From contig JBMTCP010000002.1 of NCBI GenBank assembly GCA_049431025.1, positions 33,323-97,322 of the forward strand: a stretch of 64,000 nt of DNA. Reading direction: 5' to 3'. The notes below the pieces were generated by a model. It saw nothing but the letters and a program-made list of their open reading frames with translations, had not been told where the DNA came from and searched no databases. Below are positions 7,956 to 17,347 of this stretch, one piece after another (position 1 is the stretch's first letter; each line of letters begins with the position of its first letter). The DNA comes from Bacteroidia bacterium. GTDB lineage: Bacteria > Bacteroidota > Bacteroidia > UBA7662. Position numbers and translations under genes: made by a program.

Positions 7956-9398
7956 ATGGCGGAGAAAGAAAACAAAACAGCCGAATCGGTATGGGCCGAA
8001 TGCCTCGAAATTATTCGAGACAACATCAGCCTTCAAAGTTTCAAGACGTGGTTTGAACCGGTCTTGCCCAGCAAGTTGTCAGGGGATGTTTTAACCATCC
8101 AGGTTCCATCCCAATTTTTTTATGAATGGCTTGAGGAGCATTATGTGAACTTGCTCCACAAAACCATCAAAAGGGCTCTGGGGTCGAACGGACGTTTGGA
8201 GTATGCGGTGGTTATGGAAAACAAGGCCGGTGAAGCCCGACCCTATACCATTCAAATGCCGGGTGGTTCGGTGAAGCATGCCGGTGCAGAGGTTACGATG
8301 CCTGTTAATCTGGGCCAAACCATCAAGAACCCTTTTGTCATTCCTGGACTCAAAAAAGTACAGGTTGAATCCCAACTCAATCCTCGTTATCGCTTTGATT
8401 CTTTTGTGGAAGGGGACTGCAACCGCTTGGCACGTTCGGCGGGCTTGGCGGTGGCCGCTAAACCGGGTGCAACCTCCTTTAATCCTTTGATGCTTTACGG
8501 TTCCACAGGCTTAGGAAAAACCCATTTGGCGCAGGCCATCGGCAATCAAGTGCGACAATTGTTTCCTACCAAGACCGTGCTTTATGTGGGGGCTGAGAAA
8601 TTCACCCAACAGTTCGTCGATGCGCTCAAAAACCAGTCGGCAAACGATTTTGTCCATTTTTACCAAATGATGGATGTATTGATCCTGGATGATGTGCATA
8701 ATTTGGCAAACAAAGAGAAAACCCAGGACGTCTTTTTTCACATCTTCAATCACCTTCACCAGAACGGGAAGCAATTGATTTTGACCAGCGATCGTCCACC
8801 CAAGGATCTACGGGGTATGGAGGATCGTTTACTATCCCGATTTAAATGGGGATTGTCCACCGATTTGCAGGCGCCGGATTACGAAACTCGTTTGGCGATC
8901 CTGCAGAGCAAAATGTACGCCGACGGTATTGACCTGCCTGCGGATGTAGTGGAATTTATCGCCCACAATATCCATCACAACATCCGTGAGTTGGAGGGCG
9001 CCTTAACGTCCCTCATGGCCTATACGACCCTGAGCCATCGTCAGGCTGATTTGGAACTGGCAAGGAATGTCATCAAGAACTTTACCCGGCATACCCAAAC
9101 CGAGATTTCCATTGATTCAATTCAGGCCATGGTCTGCGAGTATTTTGATCTTCCGGTGGATTTGCTTAGGGCCAGCACCCGCAAACGCGAGGTGGTGCAG
9201 GCACGTCAGATTTCCATGTACTTCGCCAAAAAAATGACCAAATACAGCCTCAAGGCGATTGGCGAATACTTTGGTGGACGCGACCATTCCACGGTCATTC
9301 ACTCCTGCCAAACCGTTGAGGATTTGATGGAAACCGACCGGCGTTTCCGCGGCTTCGTGGACGATATCCAAAAGAGGATCAAATCCTCTACGGTCTAA
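7956..9398 (+). CDS. dnaA: Chromosomal replication initiator protein DnaA
   Basis: 480 aa. Walker A GSTGLGKTHL, Walker B LILDDVH, sensor and box VII regions, and a C-terminal DNA-binding domain with GGRDHSTVIHSC. Confidence 0.95.
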   Translation: MAEKENKTAESVWAECLEIIRDNISLQSFKTWFEPVLPSKLSGDVLTIQVPSQFFYEWLEEHYVNLLHKTIKRALGSNGRLEYAVVMENKAGEARPYTIQMPGGSVKHAGAEVTMPVNLGQTIKNPFVIPGLKKVQVESQLNPRYRFDSFVEGDCNRLARSAGLAVAAKPGATSFNPLMLYGSTGLGKTHLAQAIGNQVRQLFPTKTVLYVGAEKFTQQFVDALKNQSANDFVHFYQMMDVLILDDVHNLANKEKTQDVFFHIFNHLHQNGKQLILTSDRPPKDLRGMEDRLLSRFKWGLSTDLQAPDYETRLAILQSKMYADGIDLPADVVEFIAHNIHHNIRELEGALTSLMAYTTLSHRQADLELARNVIKNFTRHTQTEISIDSIQAMVCEYFDLPVDLLRASTRKREVVQARQISMYFAKKMTKYSLKAIGEYFGGRDHSTVIHSCQTVEDLMETDRRFRGFVDDIQKRIKSSTV

Positions 9399-9414
9399 GT
9401 CTAATTTAGGGTCC

Positions 9415-10848
9415 ATGGAACCCAAGTCAGCATCCCCGGTTCGGGGCACCCGCGATTTCGGGGCATCCCAAATGCGCAGGCGAAAGGCCTTGTTTAGCCT
9501 AATTGAGGCTGCTTTTTTGCGTTGCGGGTACGGACCCTTGGAAACTCCGGCCATGGAGCAATGGTCTATACTGCACGGTAAATACGGAGAAGAAGGCGAT
9601 CGCCTCATATTTAATGTGCTGAATTCCGGGGCTTTTACCGAGGGTGTACCCTCCGAAGATTGGAATAAACTTCGGGAAGATCCCAGGGCTTTGTTGCCTT
9701 TGTTATGTGAAAAGGCCCTTCGTTACGATTTGACCATTCCCCTGGCTCGTTATGTTGCCGCTAATCATGCCAAATTGAGTTTCCCCTTCAAACGTTACCA
9801 AATCCAACCGGTATGGCGAGCTGATCGGCCCCAAAAAGGTCGTTTTCGAGAATTCATTCAATGCGATGCGGATGTTGTAGCCCCGGAAATTTCGACCTTT
9901 CACCAAGCTGAATTGTTGGGTCTTTACCGGGAAGTTCTGGACCAATTGGGTTTCAAAAACTATCAAATACGGGTTAATGATCGCCGCTTTCTGAACCTTT
10001 TGGCGGCATGGGGGGGCGTTCCCGCCCAGGTTGCTCGATTGGGTATGTTGTTGGACAAATTAGACAAACAAGGTTGGGAAGGGATCCAAGGAGAAATTTT
10101 GTCTTTGGGTTTTGAACCGGAACGATTAAATCGCCTCCAAAACGCGGTTTCCAAGGAAGGACTTTCGGGTCAAGGGATGAGTTGGCAGGAATTTCATGCT
10201 TGGCAGGTGCAAATTTTGGAGGAGGTGAGCGGCGAGGATGAGTTTCGATTGGAGGCCCAATTGGCTTTGACCAATGCCCAAGAGGTTCTTGCTTTTTTTG
10301 ATCAACAGCAAGGCACAAGAAATTCTGTGCTCAGGTTGGATCCTTGTTTGGCAAGGGGAATTGACTACTACACGGGTTTGGTTGTCGAGGTGGTGGCCCC
10401 TGAACTGGGCTTGGGCTCCTTGGGAGGTGGGGGAATGTACAGCGGCTTGACCGCCATGTTTGGGTACCCCGAATGGAAAGGCATGGGTATCAGCTTTGGT
10501 GCCGAAAGGCTGCTGGAAGGCATGGATCGTCTGGGGTTATGGAATCAAAACGATTTAAGAGGTGTTGATTTATTGTGTTATGCTTCCGATTCCTCCATGG
10601 AAACAGATGCCCAATCATGGGTTATGGCTTGGCGTGCCCAAGGGTTGGCGGCCGATTGGTATCCCACAAGCGGCAAATTCAAAAAAGCCGCTGAACATGC
10701 CTTGCGTTCCGAGGCTACCTGGCTGGTGGTCTTCGGGGAAAGGGAATGGTTCCAAAAGGAAGTAACCTTGCATTCGCCTTTGCATCAGGAGAAGCATCGA
10801 CTTGCGGTTACCGATGTAGAAGCTTTTTTGCGTAATCCATTCCAATGA
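9415..10848 (+). CDS. hisS: Histidine--tRNA ligase (class II); atypical HisB signature
   Basis: PVRGTRDF N-terminus, motif 2 region RPQKGRFREFIQCDADVV, HisA-type peptide LARGIDYY, motif 3 GISFGAERL, and a C-terminal anticodon-binding-like domain. GGGGMYSGL stands where GGGRYDxL is expected. Confidence 0.8.
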   Translation: MEPKSASPVRGTRDFGASQMRRRKALFSLIEAAFLRCGYGPLETPAMEQWSILHGKYGEEGDRLIFNVLNSGAFTEGVPSEDWNKLREDPRALLPLLCEKALRYDLTIPLARYVAANHAKLSFPFKRYQIQPVWRADRPQKGRFREFIQCDADVVAPEISTFHQAELLGLYREVLDQLGFKNYQIRVNDRRFLNLLAAWGGVPAQVARLGMLLDKLDKQGWEGIQGEILSLGFEPERLNRLQNAVSKEGLSGQGMSWQEFHAWQVQILEEVSGEDEFRLEAQLALTNAQEVLAFFDQQQGTRNSVLRLDPCLARGIDYYTGLVVEVVAPELGLGSLGGGGMYSGLTAMFGYPEWKGMGISFGAERLLEGMDRLGLWNQNDLRGVDLLCYASDSSMETDAQSWVMAWRAQGLAADWYPTSGKFKKAAEHALRSEATWLVVFGEREWFQKEVTLHSPLHQEKHRLAVTDVEAFLRNPFQ

Positions 10849-10857
10849 ATTTTTTGC

Positions 10858-12387
10858 ATGACGGATTCCATGTTCACTCCAGATGATCGACCCTTATTGG
10901 TTCTGAAACCCGGAATGGGATTAAAGGATTGGGCCTTGGTGGGGATGGGCTCGGTCCGACTGGGTTTGGACGATGAACGTTGGAAATTAGTGGCCGAAAA
11001 CCGTTCTTTCTTGGATCAGGCCCTAAGCCGCAATGATCAGCCTTGGTACGGTATCAATACAGGTTTTGGGGCTCTGTGCAATACCCGAATACCCGATGAT
11101 GGCTTGCAAACGTTGCAACGTAACTTGGTATTGTCCCATGCCTGTGGTTGCGGTCCGGCGGCAGAAGCGGAGGTTGTACGTCTCATGCTTGGTCTCAAAG
11201 TACATTCCCTGGCCTTTGGCTACTCGGGTGTCTGTGTCGAAACGGTTCAGGCTTTGCTGGATTTTTATAATCAGGGTTGGTTGCCGCTTGTCCCAACGCG
11301 AGGTTCCTTGGGAGCCTCAGGGGATTTAGCTCCTTTGGCCCATCTGGTCTTGCCGTTGTTGGGTTTGGGCGAATGCACCCAGGGTGGTCAAACCTTGAGC
11401 GCTAAGGAAGTCTTGCATCGGATGGGTCGGCAACCGTTAACCTTACAAGCCAAAGAGGGACTGGCCCTTTTGAACGGCACCCAATACATGCTGGCCACCG
11501 CCCTGGTGGCTTACCGACGAACGGTCTTGGCGTCGCAATGGGCAGATACCTGTGCCGCATTATCCTCTGAAGTATTCTTGGCATCTCAGCAACCCTTGGA
11601 CCCTTTGCTGCACACGGTTCGTCCGCATCAAGGGGCCATAAAAACCGCACAACGACTGCTGCACCTGATGGAAGGTAGCGGTTTGGCGAGTTTACCTCGG
11701 CCAGCGGTCCAAGACCCCTATGCCTTTCGTTGTATTCCTCAAGTTCATGGCACATCCCTGGAGGTTTTGGAGTCGTGGGCCCGTGTATTAGAAATCGAAG
11801 CGGATTCGGTTACGGATAATCCCTTGGTGGATCATCGCAGCGGAAGGGTTTTGAGTGGGGGCAATTTTCATGGTCAAGTCTTGTCTATGGCCATGGATCA
11901 TGCCGCTCTGGCCATTGCCGAATGGGGTTCCATTTCGGAACGGAGAACCTATCAACTTATTTCAGGAACGCGGGGATTACCACCCTTTTTGACCGGTCAA
12001 TCCGGTTTGGAATCTGGACTTATGATTCCGCAATACACGGCTGCTGCTTTGGTATCGCAAAACAAGCAATTAGCTACACCTTGTGTTATCGATTCGATTC
12101 CATCATCCAATGGTCAAGAGGATCACGTTAGCATGGGGGCCAATGCGGCTAATCGTTTGGGGCCAATGCTGGATAATTTGTTTCAAATTTTAGCCGTGGA
12201 ATGGTTGACAGCCAACAGGGGGCTTTCGTTTCGCGAGGGCCAACCCGGAGTGCCCCTTCAAGGTATTTTGAGCAAATACCATACCCGTGTATCACTCCCT
12301 TCCGGAGATGATTATTGGGCTCCTATCTTGTTCAAAACCAAGGCTTTTATGGAGGAAACTTCGTCCTTAGCCAAAGTCAGTTTTTAG
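10858..12387 (+). CDS. hutH: Histidine ammonia-lyase (MIO-dependent)
   Basis: 509 aa. MIO-forming triad in GSLGASGDLAPLAHL. YGINTGFG. Selectivity residues Ser-His in LQRNLVLSHACG, the HAL state. Confidence 0.85.
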   Translation: MTDSMFTPDDRPLLVLKPGMGLKDWALVGMGSVRLGLDDERWKLVAENRSFLDQALSRNDQPWYGINTGFGALCNTRIPDDGLQTLQRNLVLSHACGCGPAAEAEVVRLMLGLKVHSLAFGYSGVCVETVQALLDFYNQGWLPLVPTRGSLGASGDLAPLAHLVLPLLGLGECTQGGQTLSAKEVLHRMGRQPLTLQAKEGLALLNGTQYMLATALVAYRRTVLASQWADTCAALSSEVFLASQQPLDPLLHTVRPHQGAIKTAQRLLHLMEGSGLASLPRPAVQDPYAFRCIPQVHGTSLEVLESWARVLEIEADSVTDNPLVDHRSGRVLSGGNFHGQVLSMAMDHAALAIAEWGSISERRTYQLISGTRGLPPFLTGQSGLESGLMIPQYTAAALVSQNKQLATPCVIDSIPSSNGQEDHVSMGANAANRLGPMLDNLFQILAVEWLTANRGLSFREGQPGVPLQGILSKYHTRVSLPSGDDYWAPILFKTKAFMEETSSLAKVSF

Positions 12388-12397
12388 TTGATGATGA

Positions 12398-13192
12398 TCA
12401 AGCCTTGGCTTGGCGTGGGAAACGGCCCTGGATTAACAAAAGGCCGATGAGCAAAGCGGGCAGAGACAACCATTGCCCCATATTGAGCGCCATTTGGGCC
12501 TCGAACATGACTTGATCGGCTTTTAAAAATTCGATTAAAAAACGAAAACCAAAGACCAGGATGAGGAACATCCCCAAGAGACCTCCCGGTCGCTCTGCCA
12601 GTTTGGATGATTTTTCTAAGCGGAGTAAAAGAACAAAACACAAAAAATAATAGATCGATTCGTAGAGCTGACTGGGATGCCGTGGGAAATTTTCACCCAG
12701 GCGTTCAAAAATGAATCCCCAAGGTAAATTGGTGGGTTCACCCACAATCTCGGAATTCATTAAATTTCCTAAACGAATCAGGGAACCTGCCAAGGCTACG
12801 ACCACCACCAGTTTATCCAATAACCACAAAAAACTGACCGTGTTTTTTCGAGCAAACAGCCATACCGCAAAAGGGATGCATAAGGCTGCACCATGGCTGG
12901 CCAGGCCACCCTGCCATATTTTCAGCATCTCCAAAGGGTGGCTGAGGTAATAAACGGGTTCGTAAAAAAGGCAATGTCCCAGGCGTGCGCCCACAATGGT
13001 CCCGACGCCGACATAGAGGGCCAAATCATCCAATATTTTGGGGTCCTTGCCATGTCGGACCAGTATTTTTTGGAGGATATAAAACCCAAATACAAATCCA
13101 GACATGAACAACAAGCCGTACCAACGGATCGGCAATACGCCAGGAAAGATTTCTGGGTCAGGATTCCATAGGATGGCTAGAATATTCATCAT
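12398..13192 (-). CDS. lgt: Prolipoprotein diacylglyceryl transferase
   Basis: 264 aa polytopic membrane protein. IRWYGLLF N-terminus and RHPSQLYES signature. Confidence 0.9.
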   Translation of the reverse strand: MMNILAILWNPDPEIFPGVLPIRWYGLLFMSGFVFGFYILQKILVRHGKDPKILDDLALYVGVGTIVGARLGHCLFYEPVYYLSHPLEMLKIWQGGLASHGAALCIPFAVWLFARKNTVSFLWLLDKLVVVVALAGSLIRLGNLMNSEIVGEPTNLPWGFIFERLGENFPRHPSQLYESIYYFLCFVLLLRLEKSSKLAERPGGLLGMFLILVFGFRFLIEFLKADQVMFEAQMALNMGQWLSLPALLIGLLLIQGRFPRQAKA

Positions 13193-13199
13193 ACAAGTT

Positions 13200-13207
13200 C
13201 AAAAATA
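13200..13207 (-). promoter_or_regulatory. Bacteroidota-type -7 promoter box (TATTTTTG) upstream of lgt
   Basis: Exact TAnnTTTG on the minus strand, ending 7 nt before the lgt ATG at 13192. Confidence 0.3.
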
Positions 13208-13222
13208 GGGAAGGAGGCCATG

Positions 13223-13230
13223 TAATTTTG
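13223..13230 (+). promoter_or_regulatory. Bacteroidota-type -7 promoter box (TAATTTTG) upstream of the 13271 gene
   Basis: Exact TAnnTTTG match 41 nt before the ATG at 13271. Confidence 0.35.
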
Positions 13231-13270
13231 CAACACCTAATCGAGCTTCCATTCCACCAAAAAACAAACC

Positions 13271-14902
13271 ATGAATACATCGAATTCCCTATTTAGTCGT
13301 TTCCTTTTGGTCCTAACCTTCGTTGCAACCTTTTGGGGTAGCACATGGGCCCTTCATGCCGGTCCTGTTCCGGATAAGGCTGCCCACCCTTGGTCCTCGG
13401 CGAGGGCAAGGGTTCAACGAGCCCAACGCACCTATCAACCGGGTCAACTTATTTATGGCAACCCCAAGGCAAATCTTGCATCTCGTTGGGCTTTGGCCAA
13501 CGGGCGTACCTCGGCGGCTGCCAATCCGGATTCGGTGTTGATGGAGGAATACGATGGTTCCGGCTCCTTTCAGGCCGCCTTTGCGTACCGGTTGGTGCGG
13601 AACAGTGCCGGCAAATTAACCCAGGCCCGTTTATGGACCCCGGCCAGTCCGCCGCTACCTTCCTTTCAAGTCGGTCAAGCCTTGATGTCGTATACGCCTC
13701 AGGGCCAATTATTGCAAGTTTCGTTTTTTGAGAACTTGCCGACCACGACAGAAACGTTCCGTTTGATGCAGCCCGTCGATAGCCGTGGAAATTGCACTTC
13801 CGTTCGTTTTATGGACGACGATGGTAGTGGCAACCTGGCCCTTAGTTCGGGAGATTCGCTGGCCTTTACCTACATGGGCAATGCCGTGACCGGTTTTGTT
13901 TACCGATCCTACAACGCTGATTTGGGGCAGTGGGAACCCTCTTTGCGTGCTTCGGCGGTTATTTCCAACGCTAACGGGGTACCGACCTCGTTTGATTTGG
14001 AATTTTGGGATGAAGGGACGGGAACCTGGTCACCTCTTAAGTTCCGCTACGGCAATTTGTTATGGGATTTGGGATTCGGTTCCTGGATGCAAAGCATGGG
14101 GACTTATGTGGTGAATGCCGAGGATTTAATTGCACCAGAAGGTTTAATGGACCTGTATCGGCTGAGCCCATCGGGTCCTACCGAGCCTACCCGCTTTTTG
14201 GCCCAATTGGTTGCAGGACCCCTTTTGACTCCTATTGCACGTCGTACCCCGTTAAGCAGCGGAGGTGTACTCCAGCGGTATACGGATCAGGAACAGGATA
14301 GTGCCGGACAATGGTTTTCGACCAGTCGGACGGATTTGGTTTGGAACGCGGGAGTCTTAACCAGTTTGACTTTGCAGGATAGCAGCAGCGGGTCGTGGGT
14401 TGATGATAGCCGCGAGGTGCGTCGCTACAATGTCAACGGTGACCTCGAAGGTCAAAAGAACGAAAAATGGGTTCCATTCGGTCAAAGTTGGGTTATTGAA
14501 AACGGTTCAGAGGCATTAATTACTTACCAGCCCAACAACGTAAACCGAATTGCTTCATGGATTCGCAAAGAGTTTGATTCCTTTGCAAGTGCCTGGGATA
14601 CCATCGCTCGGTATACCCTTTCGTACGCAACCCCTACATCGGTATGTTCCGCATGCCTCGAAGAAAATCGTTGGGCTGTTTACCCGAATCCAGTCCATGA
14701 CCAATTGGTCATTAAAGGCATTCAGGTCGGTAACCGTATCGAAATTACCGATGCCTTGGGTCGGAAATTGCTCCAATACCAAGTCATGGAGGGGGAGACT
14801 TCGTTGAACGTAGACGTTCAAGCCTGGGATAAAGGCTCGTATTTTCTGAGGCTAACCGAGCCCCAAGGTCGTGTTTCGGTTCAGCGCTTGGTCAAGCCGT
14901 AA
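13271..14902 (+). CDS. Secreted protein of unknown function with T9SS C-terminal sorting domain
   Basis: N-terminal signal peptide (FLLVLTFVATFWGSTWALHA). The C-terminal ~80 aa (WAVYPNPVHDQLVI...GSYFLRLTEPQGRVSVQRLVKP) is a type-A T9SS CTD. I recognised no catalytic motif. Confidence 0.7.
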   Translation: MNTSNSLFSRFLLVLTFVATFWGSTWALHAGPVPDKAAHPWSSARARVQRAQRTYQPGQLIYGNPKANLASRWALANGRTSAAANPDSVLMEEYDGSGSFQAAFAYRLVRNSAGKLTQARLWTPASPPLPSFQVGQALMSYTPQGQLLQVSFFENLPTTTETFRLMQPVDSRGNCTSVRFMDDDGSGNLALSSGDSLAFTYMGNAVTGFVYRSYNADLGQWEPSLRASAVISNANGVPTSFDLEFWDEGTGTWSPLKFRYGNLLWDLGFGSWMQSMGTYVVNAEDLIAPEGLMDLYRLSPSGPTEPTRFLAQLVAGPLLTPIARRTPLSSGGVLQRYTDQEQDSAGQWFSTSRTDLVWNAGVLTSLTLQDSSSGSWVDDSREVRRYNVNGDLEGQKNEKWVPFGQSWVIENGSEALITYQPNNVNRIASWIRKEFDSFASAWDTIARYTLSYATPTSVCSACLEENRWAVYPNPVHDQLVIKGIQVGNRIEITDALGRKLLQYQVMEGETSLNVDVQAWDKGSYFLRLTEPQGRVSVQRLVKP

Positions 14903-16251
14903 GCCTTGAACAAGCGAATGCCGTAAGGTTCAATTTCGAATTCCTCCTTGAGGTAAGCGGTGCTCCCGTCCCTCAAATTCACGAAGGATTGTAGCCGGTA
15001 TGGGTTTGGTACAGCGGTTAGAACTGTTTTGTTACGGGTGTTAACCACGCAGAGTACCGCATCGTCCCCTTGGCCTCGTACAGACCACCAACAATCCTTG
15101 TCATCAGGTCGTAGTCGGACAAAATCTTGGCTTTGATAGGCCGGTTCCTTGCGGAACAGGTCACCGTAGTCCCGGTAGAATTGCAAAATTTCCGGATGGA
15201 GATCGTATCGAATGGGGCTGCGTTCAAAAATATTTTGTTTCATCGGATGGCCAACCTCTTGTCCGTTGTAAACCAAGGGAATACTGATGGGTTGCTGGCT
15301 CAATACATAGGCTGCCATGGCCGCTTGGTCCGAACCAAAGACTTTGGCCGGCACCTGATCCCAGGATGTTTCGTCGTGATTGGTCACAAAGCGCATTACC
15401 CGGCCCATACCCAAAGCCGCTTGTTGGGTATGTTGGTTCTCTGCCGTCCATGCTGAATCCAAACCTTTAAGGCTCCCACCCTTGAAAACACCTTTGAGCT
15501 GATGGTAAAAATCCCAACCGTAGGTTGAATTGAAGCCATAACGATAAAATTCAGGGCCACTGGCTTCAGCCAACATGAAAAGGGGTCGATGCTTGCGTAG
15601 TTGTTGAATGCAATGGGTCCACCAATCACCGGGTACCATCATCGCTACATCACAACGAAAGCCATCCACTTGGTATTCCTTGACCCAATATTCCATTTCG
15701 GCAATCATGGCCTCTCGTAATTCGTTGTTATCAAAATTGAGGTCCGCAACATCCGTCCAATCGTCGTTGGGGGGTAGAATTTTACCTTGGGCATCCCGTG
15801 TATACCAAGCAGGGTGGGTTTGGGTCCATGGGTGATCAAAGGCCGTGTGGTTGGCAACCCAATCGAGCAGGACATAGATGCCGCGTCGATGGCATTCCCG
15901 GACCAAAGCTTTGAAATCTTGCTCTGTACCGAATTCAGGATTGATTTTGCGGTAATCCTTAACAGAATACGGGGAACCAAAGGTGCCTTTGCGGTTGACT
16001 TGGCCCACCGGATGCACCGGCATCAGCCATAGGGTATTGAAGCCCAGGCTTTGAATATGGTCTAAACCACGGTAAAGGCCTTGAATAGTTCCCTCTGGAC
16101 TAAAGTTCCTCATATAAACCTGGTACAATCGAATCTTAGAAGGGTCCAGGGATGGATAGGTGCCGCTATCGGAACGACTTGACTTTTGGGTATGGCCGAT
16201 GTAAGGGAGACCGAAGAGCAAAAGCATCAAGAGCTTGGTGATATTTTTCAT
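14881..16251 (-). CDS. Secreted GH13 alpha-amylase family glycosidase
   Basis: Signal peptide. GH13 regions I DWVANH, II GFRCDVA, III MLAEA, IV FVTNHDE. Confidence 0.85.
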   Translation of the reverse strand: MKNITKLLMLLLFGLPYIGHTQKSSRSDSGTYPSLDPSKIRLYQVYMRNFSPEGTIQGLYRGLDHIQSLGFNTLWLMPVHPVGQVNRKGTFGSPYSVKDYRKINPEFGTEQDFKALVRECHRRGIYVLLDWVANHTAFDHPWTQTHPAWYTRDAQGKILPPNDDWTDVADLNFDNNELREAMIAEMEYWVKEYQVDGFRCDVAMMVPGDWWTHCIQQLRKHRPLFMLAEASGPEFYRYGFNSTYGWDFYHQLKGVFKGGSLKGLDSAWTAENQHTQQAALGMGRVMRFVTNHDETSWDQVPAKVFGSDQAAMAAYVLSQQPISIPLVYNGQEVGHPMKQNIFERSPIRYDLHPEILQFYRDYGDLFRKEPAYQSQDFVRLRPDDKDCWWSVRGQGDDAVLCVVNTRNKTVLTAVPNPYRLQSFVNLRDGSTAYLKEEFEIEPYGIRLFKAYGLTKR

Positions 16252-16279
16252 AACAAATGGTACTTGGAAAAATTTGGAA

Positions 16280-17347
16280 TTAAGGTTGAAGGGTTAAGCT
16301 AAAAGCGGTGGAGCGGGCAGCAAAGGTTTGGGGGAAAGACGTGAATTCTAAACGATAACGGCGGGACTCTATCCCCAATCCCCAACGAAATCCACTGCCT
16401 CCGGTACGTTCAGGGAACGACCATTCCGCTCTGTTGAGGGCCTGGTATCCCAGGCGCAAGCGCAAATATTTGCCCAGGTTGAGTTCAGAACCGAGAACCA
16501 CGTGGAGGAGAAGTTCACGACCAGCACCCGCCAAGGCCGATTCCTTCGTGGTATCGGCACCGTTAAGTGAAAAGATCCGGGTTTGGTAGGGGTCCTTGGG
16601 ATCCCGGTACCGAAGGGACCAATTCTCCAAATGCTGAAGACCCAAGGTCCAGCGCAATGGGAGATGAGCTAAGGCCTGGGTTGTGAGCAGCGAAACCCTT
16701 CGGGGCACCAAAGATGGTGTGGCCGTACCGGGTAAATAATCCTTGAACAGCACCTGGATATCATCCACTAAGAGTGAAAAGGCACGTTTTTGCTCAGAAT
16801 CTTGGTAGCGTAAGGCCATGGATAAACCGCCACCCCATGCGTTATAACCACTCATTTGGGAAGAAATCAATCGTCCCTGAACGCCCCAATTCCAACGGGG
16901 GTTCATGCGATGAGCTACTTGAACCAGCAAAGCGGCTTCGCCTGCTCGGTGTTCCCCTTCCAATTGACCAAAGGGGTTGGTTCTGGGCATGGAACCGGTT
17001 TGACTCCATCGGGCCCCCAGGGCCACAGCCCACGAACTTGCTTGGGATGATGGTCTCACCCAAGCCATTTCGCCTAGTCCTAAACCTGCAGGTCGCTGAA
17101 CCCAAGATGCGGCGTATGACGCGGTTCGATTGGGTTCAAGAAGCGATGGATTGGCCAAAATACTCAAGGGTCCCGAGGTTCCCCAAACCGGGGCAAAACC
17201 ACCCTGAGAAAGGCTGAGGGGGTCACCGCTGGCGGATACCAATTCAAAGGGGTAGCGGCCGCCGCTTTGGCCCAAAATCTTCCAAGGGACCAAGGCAACC
17301 AAAGCCCATACCAGAATGCTGGTCCATCTCAATTGCCTGAATTCCAT
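16280..17347 (-). CDS. porQ: T9SS outer-membrane beta-barrel protein, PorQ-like
   Basis: 355 aa with a signal peptide. From memory of flavobacterial PorQ it aligns block by block: SGGRYPFEL..LSQGG, NPSLL, LPLRWTLGLQHLENW, LRLRLGY, FRWGLGI..YRLEF..FSLTL. Confidence 0.65.
   Translation of the reverse strand: MEFRQLRWTSILVWALVALVPWKILGQSGGRYPFELVSASGDPLSLSQGGFAPVWGTSGPLSILANPSLLEPNRTASYAASWVQRPAGLGLGEMAWVRPSSQASSWAVALGARWSQTGSMPRTNPFGQLEGEHRAGEAALLVQVAHRMNPRWNWGVQGRLISSQMSGYNAWGGGLSMALRYQDSEQKRAFSLLVDDIQVLFKDYLPGTATPSLVPRRVSLLTTQALAHLPLRWTLGLQHLENWSLRYRDPKDPYQTRIFSLNGADTTKESALAGAGRELLLHVVLGSELNLGKYLRLRLGYQALNRAEWSFPERTGGSGFRWGLGIESRRYRLEFTSFPQTFAARSTAFSLTLQP

Noticed and set aside
9117-9608. 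163-aa minus-strand ORF across the dnaA/hisS junction; likewise 17660-18214 (184 aa) across the lipoprotein/LuxE junction
   Set aside because: Both are antisense to genes with clear family motifs and would have to span divergent or co-directional gene boundaries. They have no motifs of their own.
10858-12387. MIO enzyme as a tyrosine/phenylalanine ammonia-lyase for flexirubin-type pigment synthesis
   Set aside because: The selectivity-switch position reads Ser-His (LVLSHACG), as in histidine ammonia-lyases, not His-Leu (TAL) or Phe-Leu (PAL). No polyketide or flexirubin genes are nearby.
13216-13232. Sigma-54-like string GGCCATGTAATTTTGCA upstream of the 13271 gene
   Set aside because: The GG-to-GC spacing is two bases too long for a -24/-12 promoter. 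The same bases contain an exact sigma-A-type TAATTTTG -7 box, which explains the sequence better.
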